A stretch of DNA of 64,000 nt from Obrimoposthia wandeli (lineage: Eukaryota): positions 62,001 to 126,000 of the forward strand of contig CDROCS010001101.1 in the NCBI GenBank assembly GCA_977020255.1. Reading direction: 5' to 3'. This document shows, in pieces, positions 59,515 to 64,000 of the stretch (position 1 is its first letter; each line of letters opens with the position of its first letter). Both the position numbers and the translations under genes were made by a program. The notes below the pieces were generated by a model. It did not search any database. It had not been told where the DNA came from and saw only the letters and a list, made by a program, of their open reading frames with translations.

Positions 59515-60131
59515 TGGAAGAGTCAATATCCAAGTCAGTAATGGCTTTTATCACTATCACGACAGTCGTGGTTTTATTCTCATTCTTTGTGTGGGTTTTC
59601 CCAGGGTTCTTCTTCACTAACGATCTTAAAGAAATAACGACAGCCAAACCATACACAGCTTTAGAATTAGCAGGGCGTGATGTTTATATGGCTGAAGGTT
59701 GTGTGGCATGCCATACCCAGATGGTGAGAAACTTGGAACCGGAAAGAAAAAGATACGGTCGCCCTAATAAAATGGAAGATGATGTTTATGAGTTTAACTT
59801 TTTGTGGAGCTCACAAAGAACTGGCCCTGATTTAACTAATATTGGTTTGAAGTACACAGAAGGCTGGCACAAACAGCACCTCATCAATCCTCAGGCCGTT
59901 GTACCAGCCTCAATCATGCCGCAATATCCGTGGCTGTTTGAAAAGCAACTTAACGTTAGTCATGTTATTGCTTCAATGAAAGCGATGAAAAAACTAGGTG
60001 TTCCGTATACAGACACGCAAATTGAAAATTCATCAAGCAAAGTTAAAGGTAAAACAAAAGGTGATGCCCTTGTTGCTTACTTGATGAGTCTTGGCGTAGA
60101 TACGCGTGAAAAAGGTGGGGATTTAAATTAA
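59514..60131 (+). CDS. ccoO: cbb3-type oxidase subunit II
   Basis: EGCVACHTQMVR, RTGPDL and SIMPQYPWL motifs; 1-nt overlap with ccoN. Confidence 0.92.
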   Translation: MEESISKSVMAFITITTVVVLFSFFVWVFPGFFFTNDLKEITTAKPYTALELAGRDVYMAEGCVACHTQMVRNLEPERKRYGRPNKMEDDVYEFNFLWSSQRTGPDLTNIGLKYTEGWHKQHLINPQAVVPASIMPQYPWLFEKQLNVSHVIASMKAMKKLGVPYTDTQIENSSSKVKGKTKGDALVAYLMSLGVDTREKGGDLN

Positions 60132-61597
60132 TGGAATCCATGAACATATTATCAAGCGTACTATCGATTATCTTCTTTTTTATCATGGTTGCAGTTATTT
60201 ATTCACAGTTCCGCAAGAACAAAACTGCAGACAGTAATAAAACAGTAGAGCAATTTGATGGGATAGATGAAAAAGATGCACCAATTCCTAAGGTTTTCTT
60301 TGTTGCGTATCTTATTGCATTTATAGGCGCAATTGTTTACGTCCTTCTATATCCAAGTTTAGCTTCTTGGAAAGGGTTTATCGGTTGGACCGAGAATGAT
60401 GACGCGTATGTGGCTAAATCAATTGATATAAACAATAACATTAACGCCATAATCAATGCGAATACCGATGAACAAGTCTTTACGCTGTTACAAAAAGATC
60501 CGCTTGTTTTACAGAGTGGTAAATCGTTATTTGGTGATAATTGTTCTGCTTGTCATGGTCAAGATGCTAAGGGGCAATATAACTACCCGAGTTTAGTTGA
60601 TAAAGACTGGTTATACGGCGGCTCACCTCAAGATGTCTATACGACCATACATAATGGACGTAAGGGTAAAATGCCAGCTTGGAAAGGTGTACTGAGCGGT
60701 AAAGACATAGATGAGCTTACCCAGTATGTTTCTGATCTAAATAAAGGACCATTTAAAAGCAATGCGCTTTTCGATGCTAATTGTTCATCATGTCACGGCA
60801 AAGATGCTCAAGGTACACATGGCGTAGGAGCACCTAACTTAACGGATGATATCTGGCTTCATGGTTCAACCAAAGCTGATATCAAACGTAATATTGAGAA
60901 TGGCATGAGTAACGAAATGCCTGATTTTGGTGAGCGACTTAGCAGAAATCAAATATTGTCTTTAACCTCTTATATTGTGTCCCTACAGAGTGAACCACAA
61001 GACAATATCGATTTTATGCAAGCGAACACTTATATCTTCTCTCGAAATGAACAGCAATTGCCAGCGGTGCTAACGACTTGTGTGGCCTGTCATGGTACGG
61101 ATGGTCTTGGTGTTATTCCTGGAACGCCTAAGCTAGCCGGATTAAAGCAAGCGTATATCTATAACCAATTGCACTTGTTTGTATCTGGTTTAAGAAACAA
61201 TACGACGATGCAAAATATAGTTGCTGATTTAGATGTGAAAGACAAGTTACTTGCTGCTAGCTATTTTAGCTCTCTCGATTCACCGGCGATAAGTAAAGTC
61301 ATCCTAGATAAATCAGCAGACGGTCTCATTAAAGATCCTACTGAGCGCCTGATATTCCAAGGTGATTGGCAACGCGCTATTCCTGCTTGTTCTACTTGTC
61401 ACGGTCAAGAAACGCAAGGTAGCCCATCATTTCCAAGATTGGCAGGTCAATCATCGGACTATTTAGAGAAGCAATTATTTGACTGGAGAACGGGCGATAG
61501 AACCGGTGATCAAGGTCATATGATGCAAAACGTCGTTAACAAGCTAACAGATGATGAAATTAAATCCCTGTCGAAATATTTATCAAAAATGAAATAA
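60131..61597 (+). CDS. CcoP-like subunit III fused to a cytochrome c4-like diheme (four CxxCH), with a CcoQ-like N-terminal helix
   Basis: CSACH, CSSCH, CVACH and CSTCH; FDGIDEKDAPIP CcoP N-terminal motif; c4 motifs PKLAG and FPRLAGQSSDYLEKQL. Confidence 0.85.
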   Translation: MESMNILSSVLSIIFFFIMVAVIYSQFRKNKTADSNKTVEQFDGIDEKDAPIPKVFFVAYLIAFIGAIVYVLLYPSLASWKGFIGWTENDDAYVAKSIDINNNINAIINANTDEQVFTLLQKDPLVLQSGKSLFGDNCSACHGQDAKGQYNYPSLVDKDWLYGGSPQDVYTTIHNGRKGKMPAWKGVLSGKDIDELTQYVSDLNKGPFKSNALFDANCSSCHGKDAQGTHGVGAPNLTDDIWLHGSTKADIKRNIENGMSNEMPDFGERLSRNQILSLTSYIVSLQSEPQDNIDFMQANTYIFSRNEQQLPAVLTTCVACHGTDGLGVIPGTPKLAGLKQAYIYNQLHLFVSGLRNNTTMQNIVADLDVKDKLLAASYFSSLDSPAISKVILDKSADGLIKDPTERLIFQGDWQRAIPACSTCHGQETQGSPSFPRLAGQSSDYLEKQLFDWRTGDRTGDQGHMMQNVVNKLTDDEIKSLSKYLSKMK

Positions 61598-61611
61598 CCT
61601 GTGCGCGAATG

Positions 61612-61687
61612 AAAGGCTAATAGAACAAAGGCTAATAGAACAAAGGCTAATAGATCGAAGGTTAACAGATTGAAAGGTTAATAGGAT
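61612..61687. repeat. 15-bp tandem repeat, 5 copies
   Basis: AAAGGCTAATAGAAC x2, AAAGGCTAATAGATC, GAAGGTTAACAGATTG, AAAGGTTAATAGGAT. Confidence 0.9.
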
Positions 61688-61696
61688 ACCGTAATT

Positions 61697-62950
61697 ATGA
61701 AAATGAATAAGTTAAGAAGGGAAATCATTAAAGCTGGTGGCTATGTCGCTTTAGCTGCTGCACCATTAACGGCTTTCTCTAAAGAGTTTATGAAAGACGG
61801 CAAGATGTATTCAGATGGTGAAGGGGTGAGCTATGCAGATGGCCCTAAGCCTGTATTAAGCAATTTTCCGCAAAAAGATAATGTTGTGATCGTACATACT
61901 CGACCACCTCATCTTGAAACGCCTTTTAATGTATTTAATGAAGGACTAATAACACCAAACAACCGTTTCTTTGTTCGTTATCACTTAGCTGACGTCCCTG
62001 TTGCCATAGACACTGATAAATACACTATTACTATTTCAGGGGCTGTTGATAAGGAAGTCACATTAAGTTTGGCTGAATTAAAGTCAATTGAAGGCCAACA
62101 AGAAATTGTAGCTGTACAACAGTGTACTGGTAATAGCCGAGGTTATTCATCACCACGTGTTTTTGGTGCGCAATTAAGTAATGGCGCTATGGGTAATGCG
62201 AAGTTCAAAGGTGTGCCACTTAAAAACGTGTTAGCGAAAGCGGGTATTTCTAGTGCAGCGACAAGTGTCATCATTGATGGTTTAGATAAGCCAGTTAGAG
62301 AGACGACTCCAGACTTTCAAAAATCATTACCTATTGATCATATTATGACAGGCGAACCTATGCTTGTTTGGGAAATGAATGGTGAACCTTTACCATTTTT
62401 AAATGGCTTTCCAGTGAAATTAATCGTTCCGGGTTGGTATGCAACATATTGGGTTAAGCATGTATCGCACCTTAAAGTCATAGAGGACAAGTTTGATAAC
62501 TTTGATGCGTTCTTTATGACAACTGCATACCGTCTACCTGATAATGATTCTAAGAGTGAATTACCAACTGCCAGAGCGAAAAAGACGTTACCTGTAAATC
62601 GATTCCCAATAAGAAGTTTTGTTACTAGTTTAGAAAATGGTGATGAAGTTAACGCTGCAACCAGTATTGAAATTAAAGGGATAGCTTTTGATAGTGGTAG
62701 TGGTATCAAAAAAGTTGAAGTTTCAATCGATGGTGGGAATAAGTGGATGCAAGCAGCGCTTGGTGAAAATCTTGGTCGCTTTTCCTTTCGAGGTTGGAAG
62801 TTAAGTCATAGCTTCAATGAAAAAGGCAGAACGCTTGTGATGGTAAGAGCAACAGGTAAGAGTGGTGAGACACAACCTGTTAATGCATCTTGGAATCATG
62901 GTGGTTATAACCGAAACGCGATTGAACGAACAAGTATTAAGGTGGTTTAA
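61697..62950 (+). CDS. Tat-exported molybdopterin sulfite dehydrogenase, SorA-like
   Basis: LRREIIK twin-Arg signal; FFVRYHL, QCTGNSR (Mo-ligating Cys), GAMGNA and AYRLPD motifs. Confidence 0.88.
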   Translation: MKMNKLRREIIKAGGYVALAAAPLTAFSKEFMKDGKMYSDGEGVSYADGPKPVLSNFPQKDNVVIVHTRPPHLETPFNVFNEGLITPNNRFFVRYHLADVPVAIDTDKYTITISGAVDKEVTLSLAELKSIEGQQEIVAVQQCTGNSRGYSSPRVFGAQLSNGAMGNAKFKGVPLKNVLAKAGISSAATSVIIDGLDKPVRETTPDFQKSLPIDHIMTGEPMLVWEMNGEPLPFLNGFPVKLIVPGWYATYWVKHVSHLKVIEDKFDNFDAFFMTTAYRLPDNDSKSELPTARAKKTLPVNRFPIRSFVTSLENGDEVNAATSIEIKGIAFDSGSGIKKVEVSIDGGNKWMQAALGENLGRFSFRGWKLSHSFNEKGRTLVMVRATGKSGETQPVNASWNHGGYNRNAIERTSIKVV

Positions 62951-63553
62951 ATGCGGTTTTTACTTATTATATTAGCGCTATGTTCATTGACTGTTAAAGC
63001 TGAGATCGTATCTATTACCTTGCCTATGGATAATACCAAGCTTAAGCCGTCGATATTACCAGGGTATGGCCTCGCGCAATCTAAATGTCACCTTTGTCAT
63101 TCAGTTGATTACGTGATGTATCAACCACCAGAGATGGATCTAAAAGAGTGGACTGGTGAGATGTATAAAATGCGTAATGCCTATGGTGCACCTATCAGTA
63201 TGGGGGAGGCTAAGGTTATTGCCGCTTATTTGTCAGTTGCTTATGGCTCTGCAAAAGAAACGGATGCAGAAATAATGGCCTTAACTAAACTCGCTAGCAC
63301 CAAAAAAATATATCAGCCTGATAACTTAGATGTGAAATCACTCTTATCTGATAATGATTGTTTAACATGTCATAAAGATGCGGGCGCTTCTTCTATTAAA
63401 GACATACGAGCTAAATATGAAGGAACGGATAATGCGGTTGATAGATTGGGAGTGGCTATTAAGTCAGGTGGTCTTGGCATGCCTAAACCACCTATCAATC
63501 GCCATGAATCAGAGGCGATTGCAAAATACATCCTAGGGGAAAGTACGAAATAG
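62951..63553 (+). CDS. SorB-like cytochrome c with a second heme domain
   Basis: Signal peptide; CHLCHSVDYVMYQPP and KMRNAYGAPI motifs; second CLTCH; starts immediately after the sorA stop. Confidence 0.82.
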   Translation: MRFLLIILALCSLTVKAEIVSITLPMDNTKLKPSILPGYGLAQSKCHLCHSVDYVMYQPPEMDLKEWTGEMYKMRNAYGAPISMGEAKVIAAYLSVAYGSAKETDAEIMALTKLASTKKIYQPDNLDVKSLLSDNDCLTCHKDAGASSIKDIRAKYEGTDNAVDRLGVAIKSGGLGMPKPPINRHESEAIAKYILGESTK

Positions 63554-63583
63554 ACCATTTTTGACTACACTTTATCTTCCGAT

Positions 63584-63620
63584 AAAAAGGCCCTGAGTAT
63601 TTAACGCTTAGGGCCTTTTT
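63584..63620. terminator. Intrinsic terminator of the cco-sor operon
   Basis: AAAAAGGCCCT...AGGGCCTTTTT. Confidence 0.82.
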
Positions 63621-63822
63621 ACCATAAATTTAATCTATCAAAATCATAGCGTTAATACTATTACCCTTACTATATTCAGCCATAACTAGTACCTACCTTT
63701 TTGTAAAATACAATCAAACACAACAAAACGCTTCAATACATGAATATAACAGTCGGCGTTCTACCTATACGGAACCGATAGATCATTGAGCGTTGTAATT
63801 TAATATGAAAGTAGGTGAAACG

Positions 63823-64000
63823 ATGAGCTTTTGGACAAAACTATTTGGTGGTGCTACTGCAGAGCCTATTGATGCATTGGGTTCTGCAGTGGATAGAATC
63901 TTTACTAATGATGAAGAACGCATGCAGGCACAAGCGGTGCTCGATAAAATAGCCCAGCAACCAGCCATTCTGCAGGCCGAGATTAATAAGATTGAAGCTC
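63823..64000 (+). CDS. 3TM-holin-like protein (3'-truncated; absent from the ORF track)
   Basis: MSFWTKLFGGATAEPIDALGSAVDRIFTNDEERMQAQAVLDKIAQQPAILQAEINKIEA; AGGTG RBS; frame open to the window end. Confidence 0.7.
   Translation, partial: MSFWTKLFGGATAEPIDALGSAVDRIFTNDEERMQAQAVLDKIAQQPAILQAEINKIEA

Noticed and set aside
61612-61687. CRISPR array
   Set aside because: Repeats are contiguous 15-mers without spacers, and there are no cas genes.

Overview
This is a gammaproteobacterial chromosome segment, most likely Moritella: from recall, the PfaA N-terminus and the five-ACP pfaABCD layout match the DHA-producing M. marina type. Positions 1-25.8 kb are mostly core genes: clpA (5'-truncated), an S1-domain protein, rluF, a porin-like/PBP-like/hybrid-kinase trio, a K+ channel, cutC, AraC/FabG4-like/thiolase, a YjgN-M48 pair with a Fur box, asnB, an lpxM-like gene, pykF, a patatin and a YbgC/Orf6-type thioesterase. 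Positions 26.5-45.1 kb hold the omega-3 PUFA synthase operon pfaABCD, with no pfaE in the window; it is preceded by two FabR boxes and a FadR-like box. Directly after the pfaD terminator (about 45.6-56 kb) is an AT-rich accessory region with integron attC sites but no integrase (a CALIN-like array). Its first four cassettes look like anti-phage cargo: DUF2971, a RelA/SpoT-synthetase fused to a HEPN-like domain, an N-terminal-domain+TIR protein and a putAbiC-type membrane protein. Several attC cores are mutated at the invariant triplet. At 58.1-63.6 kb a divergent cbb3-type oxidase (ccoN, ccoO, and a four-heme CcoQ/CcoP/cytochrome-c4-like fusion) is followed by a SorAB-type sulfite dehydrogenase, suggesting a hard-wired sulfite-to-O2 respiratory module. 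The window ends in a partial 3TM-holin-like gene. No rRNA, tRNA, CRISPR array or transposase was recognised. All family assignments come from motif recognition, not database searches.
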